A stretch of DNA of 64,000 nt from Malacoraja senta (Eukaryota), in assembly GCA_038087875.1 (NCBI GenBank), contig JAXLNO010005255.1, positions 62,001 through 126,000 of the forward strand, in the 5' to 3' direction. This document shows positions 23,801-37,499 of this stretch, in pieces (the stretch's first letter is position 1; each line of letters opens with the position of its first letter). The notes beneath the pieces are model-generated. The model saw only the letters and a list, made by a program, of their open reading frames with translations. It made no database searches and was not told where the DNA came from. Position numbers and translations under genes: made by a program.

Positions 23801-26800
23801 TAAGGCTTCAGACATTCTTATGGCACCAAAACATGGTGACACTTGTGTATTGCCTAGGTTAGGTCTGCTATATGATTTTACCGTTGTATGCGAAACAAAG
23901 TATTTCACTGTACCTAGGTGCATGTGACAATAAAATATCATTGAATCGTTGAATTCAGTGCAGTAATGAGATGAAATCTTTTCACCCAGAGGGTAATTAG
24001 TCTTTCAAATTCTCTGTCCAAGAAGGCTGTGGGCATTCAGTCAATCAGATGCTTGAGGCAGGGATAGGAAGATGCTTGGATACAAAAGGAATCCAGAATT
24101 CGGAAAAATGGTTGTCTGCTGGAGGATCGGTTATGATCTTATAGAATATCAGAGATTGGGAACAAAGGATGAATGGCAACATTTTGCTTAGGTTAGGTTT
24201 GATCCCACTCCACAAGAGAATCCAGAAGGAAAGAGAGTATAGAGTGTTCAATTGTCATATGTGCTGACTACAAAACAATGAAATTCTTGTAGCAGCTTAG
24301 CAGACCTGTAAGACAAAACAAATAGATAACATACTAAAAATCCAGTTAATTGATAATCCCAATACATGTGCAAAAACACCTCGAATGCTTAGTTTAACCA
24401 AAGACAGTCCATAGGTCTACAGGGTCCGACTCGACACATTACCTATCCATGCTGCCTGATCTGCTGAGTTACTCCAACACTTTATTTTGTTCATTAATCA
24501 TAGCTGAGTGTAGTGTAGTTCAGGGTTCAATATACGGGAAGATTTTAATGATCACATTCCAGGACGCATCTCTAGAGCCAAACAAAACAATGACATTCTC
24601 CTTTGATGGTAATAATCTAATTTGGTGAATGGGGAAACAGGCTTAGATATAAAGAATAACATTTATAGCAGTTCCAATGTAGGAAAATGCTTCAATGAGA
24701 TTCGTAAGAATATTATTCTGTAACATTTTACTTCGAGCAGTATAATGGCATGACATGACAATTAGCAAAATAAACATTTAAGGTGCATCTTAAAGGAAGG
24801 GATATTTAGAGAGCAATTCTATTACTTAGGCCTGCTCTTCAGATGAAATACTTAAATTTGTGAATAATCAGGAAGTTATACTGCCCGGTTCATCGTGGGT
24901 TCTGACCTCACCACCATCTAAGGGATCCACACGAGACGCTGCCTCAAAAAGGAAGGCAACATCATCCCCCTGGCCACGCTTTCATTACCTCCCACCATGG
25001 GGAAGAAAGTATAGGTGTCTGAAAACCATGACAACCAGGTTCAAGAATAGCTTCTTCCCAACAACTATCACGCACTTGAACAATACACAAGGCTAACCTC
25101 AACTGTGAAATTGTATGGACTGTATGCATGCCGAGGGAGGAGCTGCGTAGGAAGGAACTGCAGATGCTGGTTTAAACCGAAGATAGACACAAAATGCTGG
25201 AGTAACTCAGCGGGTCCGACAGCGACTCTGGAGAAAAGGAATAGGTAGCGTTTCAGGTCGAGACCATTCTTCAGACTGATAGTCAGGGGAAAGGGAAACG
25301 AGAGATACAGGCGGTGATATAGAGATATATAAGAACAAATGATTGAAAGATATGCTTTGAATGAAAGAGCTGTTGGTCTTAGATATTGAAATACAATGAT
25401 CAGAGTTTAAAATCTGAATATTTTTCAATCAGAAAGATGATGGGTGAATGGGGTGGAGCAAGTTAGCACAATGATGACAAAGTTTGAAGAAGGGCCTCAA
25501 TCTGAAACATCACCCATTCCTATTCTCCAGAGATGCTGCCTGACCCACTGAGTTATTCCAGCATTTTGTGTCTATCGCTAAGTGCTGGAGTAACTCAGCT
25601 GGTCAGGCAGCATCTCCGGAGAACGTGGCTAGATGACGTTTAGGGTAAACACCCTTCCACAGAGTGAAGAAGGGGTCTTGACCCGAAACATCTATCCATC
25701 ATCACATATCCGTGATCTCCAGGGATGCTGCCGGACCCACTAAGGTGCTCCAGCACTTTGTGTCTCTTTGTGAACCAACATTTGTAGTTCCTTGTTTCTA
25801 CAGTGTAAATTGACTGTCATTTGTAGGTAAGTGATAGAATCTGGAGAGAGATGATGGGAATTTGCAGAGAATAAGAATGGGTTGGTCAAGAGCAAGGGTT
25901 TAATTGTCATCTGTACTGGCAATGGAACAATGAAATTCTTATACACATATTAAATATACAACAATCAATGGTAAAATAAATTACTATTAGTTATACTAGG
26001 TAACCAGACCATAACAGTGGAAAAACAAACGTCCTTACTGCAACCAAAATAAAGTCCATCACAGATCAGAGTTGTTGAGGTAAGGTTGTGGTTCGTGTTG
26101 TGCAGTGTTTAAATGCCCGCTGCTCATGAGAAAAAAGCTGCTCTTAAACCTGGAGCTAACAGTTCTCAGGCTCTCTAACCTCAGAGACAGTTGATTGGTT
26201 CAACGGTATTTTATTTGTGGCAAGTACCGAGGTACAGTGAAATTCATTATTGTATACAGTTTAGTACAAGTATCACTATACATAAGCCCTTAGATACATC
26301 TTAGATAAGCATCTCGGATACAGTATAAGTGTATAGCAGTAGTACGCTGAGACAGTATACAGTGTCGCCAGTTTATGGTGCCATTTTCACGTCCCAGTTG
26401 TTGTAAGTGAGGGTTCTTGGCCTGACCATGAGGCCCATTGTCCTGGTGTTGTTGCAGGGTTGACCTGTCCAATCGAAGCTGTGGTGTCCTCTACTGCTGC
26501 AGGGCGCAACTGGTCCATGTGCCCGGCCTCTTGGAGCAGCGCCTGGAACAGCCGAGCCCCAGGCTGCTGCAGGGCCTCCAGCACCCACACCACTGTTGAG
26601 GCAGTCCATTCCCTCCCGCAGCCTGTCTGCCTATAAGCCATCCATCTGACTCCTTCCACTCTGGGCGGGCAAGCTGGGCCTTCCAGGTGGGTCCTCCATC
26701 CACGGTCCACAGCGAGCAAGAACTCAGTCCGTGATGGATGGGCCAGATCTTCCGGGCGAATTCCTGGTCCAGGGTGGCTGGCCCCGAGAGTATGGCCAGG

Positions 26801-29800
26801 GTGGTGTGGGTCTCTGATGATATTAGCTGTCTTTCTGAGGCAGCACCTCCTGTAGATTTATTCAATGGTGGGATGGAATGGTATGGAATGAGTGCTTCAT
26901 GGTCAGAGTGGACTGTCGGCTGAAGGTTCTATTTGTGTGTCTCTGTGACTATATGTGTGGAGAAGGCTTCAAAAGAGTAGGCGAAGGGGCATTCTAAATG
27001 ATGGGATGCACATATCATTGTAAACGGGGCCCTCAAAGTATTGATCTGTAAAATGCTAAATCTGCATTTCATTGCAGGGGACTAGTGTTTAATGGTAGCC
27101 AATCCACATAAACACTTGTCTCGTCTATGGAGAGTTTTGCAGACTGCTCCAATTACAATAAATTAATATATAACGAGTGGGGTACAAGAAGATACATTCC
27201 TTTTATCCATAGATGCTGCCTGTTCCACTGCGTTACTCCAGTATTTTGTCTCTATCTTTGGTGTAAGCCAGCATCTGCAGTGCCTTCCTACACAGACACA
27301 AGAAGGATCCCAACAATGAGTTCTGTTTGTATGGAGTTGATACGTTCTCCCTGTGAACGCTCGGGTTTCCTCTGGGTGCTCAGAGGGCAGTGGAGGCCGG
27401 TTCTCTGGATACTTTCAAGAGAGAGCTAGATAGGGCTCTTAAAGATAGCGGTGTCAGGGGATATGACAAGAAGGCAGGAACGGGGTACTGATTGGGGATG
27501 ATCAGCCATGATCACATTGAATGGCGGTGCTGGCTCGAAGGGCCAAATGGCCTACTCCTGCACCTATTGTCTATTCTCTATTGTCTATTGTTTCGTCCCA
27601 CGTTCCAAAGACGTGTGGGTTTGTAGGTTTATTGGCCGCTGTAAATTGCCCCTAGTGTGTAGGATGTGAAACAGGGAAAACATAGAACTAGTGTATGGGT
27701 GATTGATGGTCAGTGAAGACTCAGTGGGCAGAAAGGCCAGTTTCCATGCTGCATCTGTTAAAAAAGATTGGTGAGCATGATACCCGAATTCAAACGTCAC
27801 AGAGAAACCAACACATTTTAGTTTGTACAGACAAGAACACCCAAGAATGTTTGTATTCAAACAGACCAACAAAGTAATAAAGGTTTGCAGGTACAAAGAC
27901 CAACAGTGAGCATTGCTTAATCTAATCTTATACTCAGAACATTGTAGACGTAGGGCATTCAGCACAGGGAGGCTGTCCCATTGAGGGGGACGAGAACAAA
28001 TGAGGTACTGTGGGGATGGGGGCGCCACCAAGAATGAAGGGGGAACTGGTGGGGATGGTGTCTGCTGCCATGTGCGGCAACAGGCAGTGGATAGGACTGT
28101 TCGGTACTTTGTAACTTTGTCTGCGCTAACACATGACGACATATTTGTACTGCCTAGGTTCAGTTTAATTTATTGTCACGTGTACCGAGATACAGTGAAA
28201 AGCTTTTTGTTGCTTACTAACCAGTCAGTAGAAAGACAATACATGATTACAATCAATGCATTTACAGTGTAGAGACACATGATAAAGGAATAATGTTTAA
28301 TGCAAGGTGAAGCCAGCAAAGTCCGGTCAAGGATAGACTGAGGTTGTGTGGAAAACAAAGCATTTCACTATACACAGATACCTTGGGTACATGTGACAAT
28401 AGAGTATCATTCAATCATTCTTTCATTCATCAGTCCTATTCCTCCCAATTTATTTTCCATATAACACTGGCACCCATGGCCGCCAATGCTCCTTTGATTT
28501 TCTTTGCCATTTACGTGTGTTGATCTGGCTAATGGGTTTTGTGAAGTACAGCATAGTGGTGCAATGGTAGAGAGTTGCTGCCTCGTAGCGCCAGAGACCC
28601 AGGTTCAATCCTGACTTCAGGTCTGTCTATGTGGAGTTTGCACATTTTCACTGTGACCGAGTGGGTTTCCTCCAGGTTTTCCGGTTTCCTCCCACAACCC
28701 AAAGGCATGCAGCTTTGTAGGTTAATTGGCCTATGTAAATTGCCCCTAGTGTATAAAGAGTGGACAAGAAAGTGGAATAACTAGAGTGAATGGGAGATCA
28801 ATGGTCAGCATGGACTCAGTGGGCCGAAAGGCCTGTTTCCGCTATAACTCTAAACTAACCTTAAAACCCACTAAAATTACTGATTTATTGCAAGTAGCTA
28901 GATTCAAAACTATTTAAACTACTGAAGACGGGTCCTGACTCAAAACATTACCTGTCCATTCCAGCCACAGATGCTGCCTGACTCACTGAGTTCCTCCAGT
29001 ATTTCATTGCTCAAGATTCCAACATGTCTCGATATATAACTACTTGTTTGAATAACACTGTTGTTTGGTATTTTTATGATCTTTTTACGGTAGAATTGCA
29101 TGCTGAAATGTTCATACCTTGAACATAGTTGAAAAGGATAGTAATTCATTAATGCATGCAGGAATAGTATTATTAAAATTGACTTTAGTAAAATACCGAA
29201 TACACTGGCAATATGCAGTAGGTCAGGCCGCATCTGTGGGCAGGAAAGCAGAGCTAATGTTTCAGGCCAGAGACCCTTCAGGACTGGGAAGGAGGAGAAA
29301 GAAGAAAGGAGGAACTGAAGATGCTGGTTAACATAAAAAGATACAGTGTTGGAATAACTCAGTGGGACAGGCAGCATTACTGGAGAGCGTGGGATGCTAA
29401 GGTTTTGGGTCAGGACCATTCTTCAAACTGATTGTGGGGGTAAATAAAGCTAGAACAGAGGAGGGGCAGAACAAAGTATGGCAGATGATAGGTGATAGAT
29501 ACCAAAATGAGAGAGCAGTCCTGAACTACTATCTGCATCATTGGTGACCCTCGTACTTTCTTTGATCGGACTTTACTGGCTTTACCTTGCACTAAATGTT
29601 ATTCCCTCATCATGTATCTCTACACTGTAAATTGTTAGTTTGTAATCATGTATTGTCTTTACGCTGACTGGTTAGCAGGCAACAAAAGCTTTTCACTGTA
29701 CCTCTGTACACGTAACAATAAACTAAACTAAAATGTTGCAGAGAGGATTTTCCGACAGGCAAATGATTGGACAAAGGCCAGAGATGAAAAGACAAAAGGA

Positions 29801-29929
29801 ATTAAAGAATGGTGAATTGTGAAAATAGAGGAATGGATGAAGGGGACGGGGGAGGGCAGAAATAGATGCAAGTCCAGATGGGGCACAGGGGAGGGCAAGA
29901 AATGGGGGGGTAGGTTACCTAAAATTCTC

Positions 29930-30370
29930 ATCACTTCCCACCCAAACCATCGCATCCCAGGTAATCTCCCCTGCAACTGCGGATGTAACATCTATTCCTG
30001 TACCTCCTCTGTGGTCTGCCTCGAGGGACCACAGCAGCCCTTCTAGGTGAGACAAGAGATTCATGTACACCTTCTCTAAACTGATCTATTGCATCCGGTG
30101 TTCCCAATGTGGCCTTCTGTATATCGACGAGACCAAGCATTGACTCCACGACCATTTCGCCGAAAATATGCACTTGATCTGCCATGGACTTCTGCACTGG
30201 ATCTCCTGGTTGCTAACCATTTGAACTTCCTTTCCCATTGCCATATTGACCTTTCTGTTTTGGGTCTCCTCCATTGCCAGTGTGAGGTCACATGCAAACA
30301 GCCCCTAACATTCTTCTTGGGTAGCTTTCAACCTGATGGTGTGAACATTGAACTCGCCAAATTTAGGAAA
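29930..30370 (+). mobile_element. Degenerate Penelope GIY-YIG fragment
   Basis: Nucleotide similarity to the other copies (ctgatctattgcatccggtgttcccaatgtggccttctgtatatcgacgagaccaagc). Confidence 0.8.
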
Positions 30371-31379
30371 CCTAAGCCCTACTCTCCTCCTCCTCCCCTT
30401 TCTCCCCCACACCCATATTTCTCCCCACTGTTGCCCCCCTCCCCTGAAGCCCACCTGGACTAGCACCTATTTCCCTCCTCATCCCCTACCTTCTAAATTT
30501 GCCATTTGCAACTTTTCAATTATTTTGTTGCGCACCTTCTGTATTTTTAACTCTGGCCCTTGTCCAATAATCTCCCCATCAACTCCCCCCATTACCGCCT
30601 CCTCACCTATGTCCACATATTACCTGCCCCTCCTTTCATCCAGTTAATTTCATCTCCCCCTCCCCCTTCCCCCTCTACAATGCCCATACCAACCCGCCCC
30701 CCAACCTCCCACAATTAGTCTGAAGAAGGATCCTGTTCCACAACACCACATATCCATGTTTTCCAATGATACTGCCTGACCCGTCGAGTTGTCCCAGCAC
30801 TTTGTGTCTTTTTCCAGGAGAAAAAAAAGAAGCATGTTAAGCTGCAGGAAGTGTGGGGGAGGGAGAATGTCTTTCAATGATAGACACAGAAAGCTGGAGT
30901 AACTCAGCGGGACAGGCAGCATCTCTGGAGAGAAGGAATGGGTAACGTTTCGGGTCGAGACCCCTTTTCAGACTTTCCAAGCCTTATCTGGTAGAATTTA
31001 ATGAGATAGACATCTGTTTGTGGTCGAATGCATTATCTGAAAGCTGAATGTAAATTGTACTGTTAAGGCTTTACAATACGTCATTGGTAAAAATGTGCAT
31101 GGATTGAGCATATGGGCTTAATTGTCCTCCTGCTTTGAAGGAAAGCTCACAGCATGTCTCAATTGCATGTCAACCTAGTATCATAAAAACAACTACTGTA
31201 GGAACTCAGGTGGTAGAGGAACATCTTTGTAAGAAGGAACTGCAGATGCTGGTTTACACTGAAGATAGACACAAAATGCTGGAGTAACTCAGTGCAGCAT
31301 TTCTGGCAAAAAGAAATAGGTGACATTTCAGGTTGAGACCTTTCCTCACATCTTCAAGAGTCAAGAGTATTATAGACAA

Positions 31380-32110
31380 TAGACAATAGGTGCAGGAGTA
31401 GGCCATTCGGCCCTTCGAGCCAGCACCACCATTCAATGTGATCATGGCTGATCGTCCCCAATCAGTACCCCGTTCCTGCCTTCTCCCCATATCGCCTGAC
31501 TCCGCTATTTTTAAGAGCCCTATCTAGCTCTCTCTTGAAAACATCCAGAGAACCTGCCTCCACCGCCCTCTGAGGCAGAGAATTCCACAGACTCACCACT
31601 CTCTGATAAAAAGTGTTTCCTCGTCTCCGTTCTAAATGGCTTACTCCTTATTCTTAAACTGTGGCACCTGGTTCTGGACTCCCCCAACATCGGGAACATG
31701 TTTCCTGCCTCTAGCGTGTCCAAGCCCTTAACAATCTTATATGTTTCAATGAGATCCCCCTCATCCTTCTAAACTCCAGAGTGTACAAGCCCAGCTGCTC
31801 CATTCTCTCAGCATATGACAGTCCCGCCATCCCGAGAATTAACTTTGTAAACCTACGCTGCACTCCCTCGATAGCAAGAATGTCCTTCCTCAAATTAGGG
31901 GACCAAAACTGCACACAATACTCCAGGTGTGGTCTCACTGGGGCTCTGTACAACTGCAGAACGACCTCTTTGCTCCTATATTTGATTCCTCTTGTTATAA
32001 AGGCCAACATGCCATTCGCTCTCTTCACTGCCTGCTGTACCTGCATGCTTACTTTCATAGACTGATGTACAAGGACCCCCAGATCCCGTTGTACTTCCCC
32101 TTTTCCCAAC
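31380..32110 (-). mobile_element. CR1 LINE 3' fragment
   Basis: QRDLGVLVHQSMKVSMQVQQAVKRANGMLAFI...VRPHLEYCVQFWSP; tail (CTATTGT)n. Confidence 0.9.
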
Positions 32111-32284
32111 TTGACTCCAGTTAGATAGTGTTTTATTGTCATATGTCCCAGATAGGACAATGAAATTCTTACTTGCTGCACAACAGAAGGGAATGAAATT
32201 TGGAGGGAATTAAGTTTTTCACAATGATTTTTAACTGGTACAGTAAGTCACTTCTATTATTCATAAACCATTTGCTGGAGTATG

Positions 32285-33977
32285 TAGCAATGTTACAAAA
32301 TTTTGAGATTTTAAAAATCAAGTCTGCAATTTATCCCATCAGATAAAGCATAAAAGAAGTTTAATTTGACACCTAATTCACTTTCATATCTTCAGTATTA
32401 AAAAAGTTATGGCCATTTTCATACTCGTAAATTAGTATCTTGTTCCCTATTGCTTTTCCATTGACTTAACACAAAAGCTGTGATCGAGGACAGTCAAAAG
32501 CCCATAACGTTCTTAGAAATTAAAGGCCTGTCTCACGAGTTTGCGATCATTGGCGGTGAAACAGGAAGTATCTACCGCTCGTGGACCGCCAGAGACCGCG
32601 GGTTCGGTCAAACGCACTCTGCCGGGGCCGTGCGGCGTTGGTCCCAACACCGCACGGTGCTCACAAAAAACCAACAATGTTGAAAAATCTTTTCCTACCG
32701 CACAGCCGCCGCCAGTGAGGCACGAGTGCAGCACGGGCACCGCCACAGCCGCCGCCAGTGCGGCACGAGCGCCGTGAGTCCAACTTTCACCGCCACAGCC
32801 GCCGCCAGTGAGGCAAGTGTGCGGCACGGGCACCGCCACAGCCGCCGCCAGTGAGGCACGTGTGCGGCACGGGCACTGCCACAGCCGCCGTCACAGCGCC
32901 GCGATCACCACTACCACCGCCACAGCCCCGCGATACGAAATGACGTCATCGCGTAGCGCGTCGCATTGCGCGATAATGTCATAGCATAGCGTGTCGCGTT
33001 GCGTGATGTCGTCATCACCCGACGCCGCAGGCTCGTGGAACCGGCCGTAAGGAGATCACTCGGCCCCCGCGCAGCATCCGTGCGGCGCTCTCGCGGTTGT
33101 CATGCGGTCCCCTCTTCCGGCGACGCCGCGCTTCACCGCCAATGACCGCAAACCTGTGGGACAGAGCCTTAAAGAGAACTTAATGAAGTTTTCAGTTATT
33201 ATAGATTGAAGCATTCTGAAACAAATATGAAACAATCTTACTTAGATGACCTGAAATTAAAGCATATAATTAGTTAGTTACCCAATTGTAGCTAATTACA
33301 AAATTCAATTACTAGATCTAAATATCTATCCATTTCTTAAGAAAAAGTTAACATTTTTAAAAAGCCTAAGTGTCCAAATAACATTCACACAAGAATTCAC
33401 AATAAAACATTATTTTTTAATCTCATTGTCATTAATTTATAGGCCAAATGGAAGGAATTTAGTGTTTAATTCCTGTAAATTAATGGCCATTTAAATCATC
33501 TTGCGAGTGGGATTTTGTGGAACGCGCTGGTTTGGAACGTTGCGGTTACACTGAATTAAACCCCAATATCGGCAGGAAAAATACTGCCGGTTGGTATATT
33601 TACATAATCACATTTTCGCAACTTGAAATTTTTATTAAAGGCATCCTAAGAAGCAAGTTTATATGAAAAAATAAACGGTGTACCTTGCCTTGTCCCGTGC
33701 GTGAAATCCGTCCCGTTGTCGGCGTTGACGGCATTTGAAGATGATTTTAATTTTACTCCAACAATTAAATTATAAAGCGCTAATTTTAATAAACTTAATA
33801 AAACGGCAGTCGAAGCGATTTTTCTTCATCAACTATTTAACCTGTTCAAGATCGTTTAGAACAGGCTGCCGAAATATCGCATTTTAAACCCGCCCCCCTC
33901 TCAAAGGCGCCAAAGTCGTGCACACGGGCAGTGACAGAACTGCAGCGCCGCTGAAGGAAAGTTTTGTAACATACCTA
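32285..33977. mobile_element. Non-autonomous TIR DNA element (superfamily uncertain, hAT-like ends) carrying a nested MITE
   Basis: Ends are tagcaatgttacaaaa and ttttgtaacataccta (reverse complement taggtatgttacaaaa). The flanking direct repeat gagtatg(tag) lies at 32278 and 33978. Confidence 0.6.
32524..33169. mobile_element. Harbinger MITE (646 bp) with TAA TSD and an internal 43-bp GC-rich tandem repeat (32701-32890)
   Basis: TIRs aggcctgtctcacgagtttgcgatcattggcggtgaa / aggctctgtcccacaggtttgcggtcattggcggtgaa. TAA at 32521-32523 and 33170-33172. Confidence 0.88.
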
Positions 33978-35013
33978 GAGTATGTAGTAATATTTTCAAA
34001 ACAATATTTGAAATGACATAAGACCAAGACTGCATGAGAAGTCATCTTCTGATACAGTTTAGGATTTGGCAGGAAATGCTAAAAATATGGTTTGGCACGG
34101 TGGTGCAGTGGCTGATCTGCTGCCTTACAGCGCAAGGACCCGGGTTTGATCCTGACTACGGTTTCAGTCTGCAAGGAGTTTGTACGTACTTCCTATGACA
34201 GGCGCAGGTTTCCTCTGGGTGCTCCGGATTCCTCCCACACTCCAATGACATACCAATTTGCTCAGTAAAATTCTAAATTGTCCCAAGCGTGCATAGAATA
34301 GTGATAGTGTGCGGGGATCGCTGGTCGGCGAGGATTCGGTGGGCTGAAGGACCGGTTTCTGCACTGTATCTCTAAATTAAACTAAATACCCAGAAAGCAA
34401 GGAAAAGTTCAAGCCTAAGGAGAGGAAATCTGAATTCACGTTCTAGACCTTCATCATTTAATTTGGCAACTAAATTGTTGCAACTCTATTTACCTCCACA
34501 GATGCTGTTGGATCATTTCCAACATGTTATATTTCTGTGTCAAGTTTATAGCAACATGTCATTATTTTACCTTATTTTCCACTGAAAATGGAAAGGTTGT
34601 TTGATAGATTTGTAATGTAATCATAGCCTAGAACATGGGTCTTTTGCTGATTAATATTGAGAGTCGAGTCCAGCAATACATTCCTCAGGGCTTGAGCAAT
34701 TGTGCTCTTGACCTGCTGTGAATTTATCAGAGAGAAGAGTAAGGATGTGTAAAAGTGTAGTTATGCCGGCTGAAGTATGTACATTTTTGAGATGGTAGAG
34801 AAAATGGGAAGATGAATCACTTCTGTTCAGAAGACATTTAACAAGGTTACACTTAAAGTGTTTATAAACATTTGTGAGGTAGGATCAGGTTATTTGACTG
34901 GAAGGTAATTTTCCCCAAGTGAATGTGGGTGGTGGGAAAATTGAGAGAGGAGATTAATTGGAATGTGAGATTTACATGGAAACATAGAAACTACTGTAGG
35001 TGCAGGAGTAGGC

Positions 35014-35480
35014 ACGTAAGCCAGACCCGTTTAACCCCCTGGAGATGGTCTGTAGTGATACCTTCTAACGAGGTTTTATGTAACTAACAATATTGCTAGT
35101 TCAGAGTCTATAAGGCTCTTAGGGACCTTAACATTCTGGTGTAGATGTGTGACCCCACACAACCCAAGGTCCATGGGATATGCAAACATCTAGTTTGACC
35201 TTATGCCCCTGGTCTACTCTGCTTGACTAAGTCATAAATATAAAACCTTATTATTGCCCGCAGATCTTCCTATCCAGTGTTAACTTATGCAATGACTGGA
35301 CCCGTTGCGCTGAACTCAGCGCCATGAGCATAATCACTAGTAAGTGAGTTTGACCAAGGACAGGGATGTAGCTGGAGCCCACCGGCGAATTGACGTAGCA
35401 CAATGTTAACAACCCATATCTCCACGTCTCTAGGCCTGAGTTGAAGATACCCTTCATAATCTAGATGTCAGAGGGTGAAG
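35014..35480 (-). mobile_element. DIRS-type tyrosine recombinase fragment (decayed)
   Basis: Minus-strand translation across frames gives MKGIFNS, LMALSSAQRVQSLHKL, YDLVKQSRPG, AYPMDLGLC and KVSLQTISRG, in the order expected for a DIRS1-like tyrosine recombinase. Confidence 0.75.
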
Positions 35481-36144
35481 ACCGCGCCAGCACGCATGCT
35501 GATCATCCAAAATCAGTACCCCGTTCCTGCTTTTTACCCATATCCTTGAGTCCATTAGCCCTAAGAGCTAAATCTAACTCTATCTTGAAAACATCCAGTG
35601 AATTGGTCTCCACTGCCTTCTGTGGCAGAGAATTCCACAGATATACAACTCTCTGGGTGAAAACGTTTTTCCTTATCTCATTCCTAAATGGCCTATCCCT
35701 TATTTTTAAACTATGACACAAGTTTCTGTGTTCGATGACTTTATTCTCCTCAGTGATTTGGTGCACACGTTAATAGTTTAGTTTAGAGATATAGAGCAGA
35801 AACAGGCCCTTTGGCCCACCGAGTCTGCACCGGACAGCGATTCCCACACCTTAACGCTACCCTACACACAAACCTGGGACAATTTAATATTTACACCAAG
35901 CCCATTAACCTATAAACATGTATGTCTTTGGAGTGTGGGAGGAAATCGATGGTCTTGGAGAAAACCCATGCAGATCACAGGGAGAACGTACAAACTCCAT
36001 ACAGACAGCACCTATAGTTAGGATCGAACCCGGGTCTCTGGCACTGTGAGGCAGTCACTCTACCAGGTCTACAGAATCTGGGTCTCTGGCACTGTGAGGT
36101 AGTCACTCTACCTCTACTGCACCGTGCCACCCATAATAGTGCTG

Positions 36145-37075
36145 CCCAAAAGTCAAGAGAGTTTTTTTGTCATGTGTCCCAGATAGGACAATGAATTCTT
36201 GCTTGCTGCAGCACAACAGAATATGTAAACATAATACAGAGATAAAAGTTCAGTGTGTCTGTATACCATAGACCATATATATACACAATAAATAAACATT
36301 TAAAGTGCAATAGGCTGTTATTGTTCAGAGTTTGTTTGATGTCGTGTTTAATAGCCTGATGGCTATGGGGAAGAAGCTGTTCTTGAACCTGGATGTTCCA
36401 GATTTCAAGCTCCTGCACCTTCTTCCTGATGGCAACGGAGAGATGAGTGTGTGGCCAGGATGGTGCGGGTCTGTTGGCAGCCAGTTTGAGGCAGCGACTG
36501 CGATGGATCCCTTCGATGGAAGGGAGGTCAGAGCCGAAGATGGACTGGGCAGTAGTCACAAACTTTGTGGATTCTTTTCCGCTCCTGGACGTTCAAGTTG
36601 CCGAACCCAGCCACGATGCAACCAGTCAGCATGCTCTCTACTGTGCACCTGTAGATGTCCGAGAGAGTCCTCCTTGACATACCAACTCTCCGTAAACTTC
36701 TCAGGAAGTAGAGGCGCTGCTGTGCCTTCTTTATGATTGCATCAGTGTGTTGGGACCTGGAAAGATCTTCGGAAATACGCACGCCCAGGAATTTGAAGTT
36801 CTTGACCCTTTCCACCATCGTCCCGGGATATAAACGGGATTGTGGGTTCCTATCCTACCTCTTCCAAAGTCCACAATCAGTTCCTTGGTTTTACTGGTGT
36901 TGAGGGCCGGGTTATTGTGCTGGCACCATTTGGTCAATCGGTCGATCTCACTAATATACTCTGACTCATCACCATCAGTGATTCGTCCCACAACAGTGGT
37001 GTCGTCGGCGAACTTGATGATGGAGTTCGAACTACGTCTGGCTGCGCAGTCATGAGTTTAGAGTGAGTACAGAAG
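36145..37075 (-). mobile_element. Rex1/Babar-clade LINE 3' fragment
   Basis: KFADDTTVVGRITDGDESEYISEIDRLTKWCQHNN.ALN.SKTKELIVDF...VKNFKFLGVRISEDLS...KKAQQRLYFLR. Confidence 0.9.
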
Positions 37076-37499
37076 AACAGTTTTCTTGTTTTTCAGTCAT
37101 CAATATTCTCACTAGAATGGGCCATAAAAAAGTACTTCCTGTGGAAAAAGTTCAGTAACTTGGGGGAAAAATATTTAAACTAATTGGTCAACTAAATTGT
37201 AAAAGACAATGTGAAAAGAATACACATGTGATCCATGAACTAGTTCAAAGAGCTGCCTTGCCTCGGGCACCATCCACTGAATGCTGCCGAGTGGTGTATT
37301 GTGGAATACTTTGTAAGATTGCATGGAATAAAAATATACATCAATCATAATTAATTTAAATGGCACAGAGGATGCCAGGTTTTATTTACACTCTGTTGTG
37401 TTAAAGAAGGAACTGCAGATGCTGGAAAATCGAAGGTACACAAAAATGCTGGAGAAACTCAGCGGGTGCAGCAGCATCTGTGGAGCGAAGGAAATAGGC

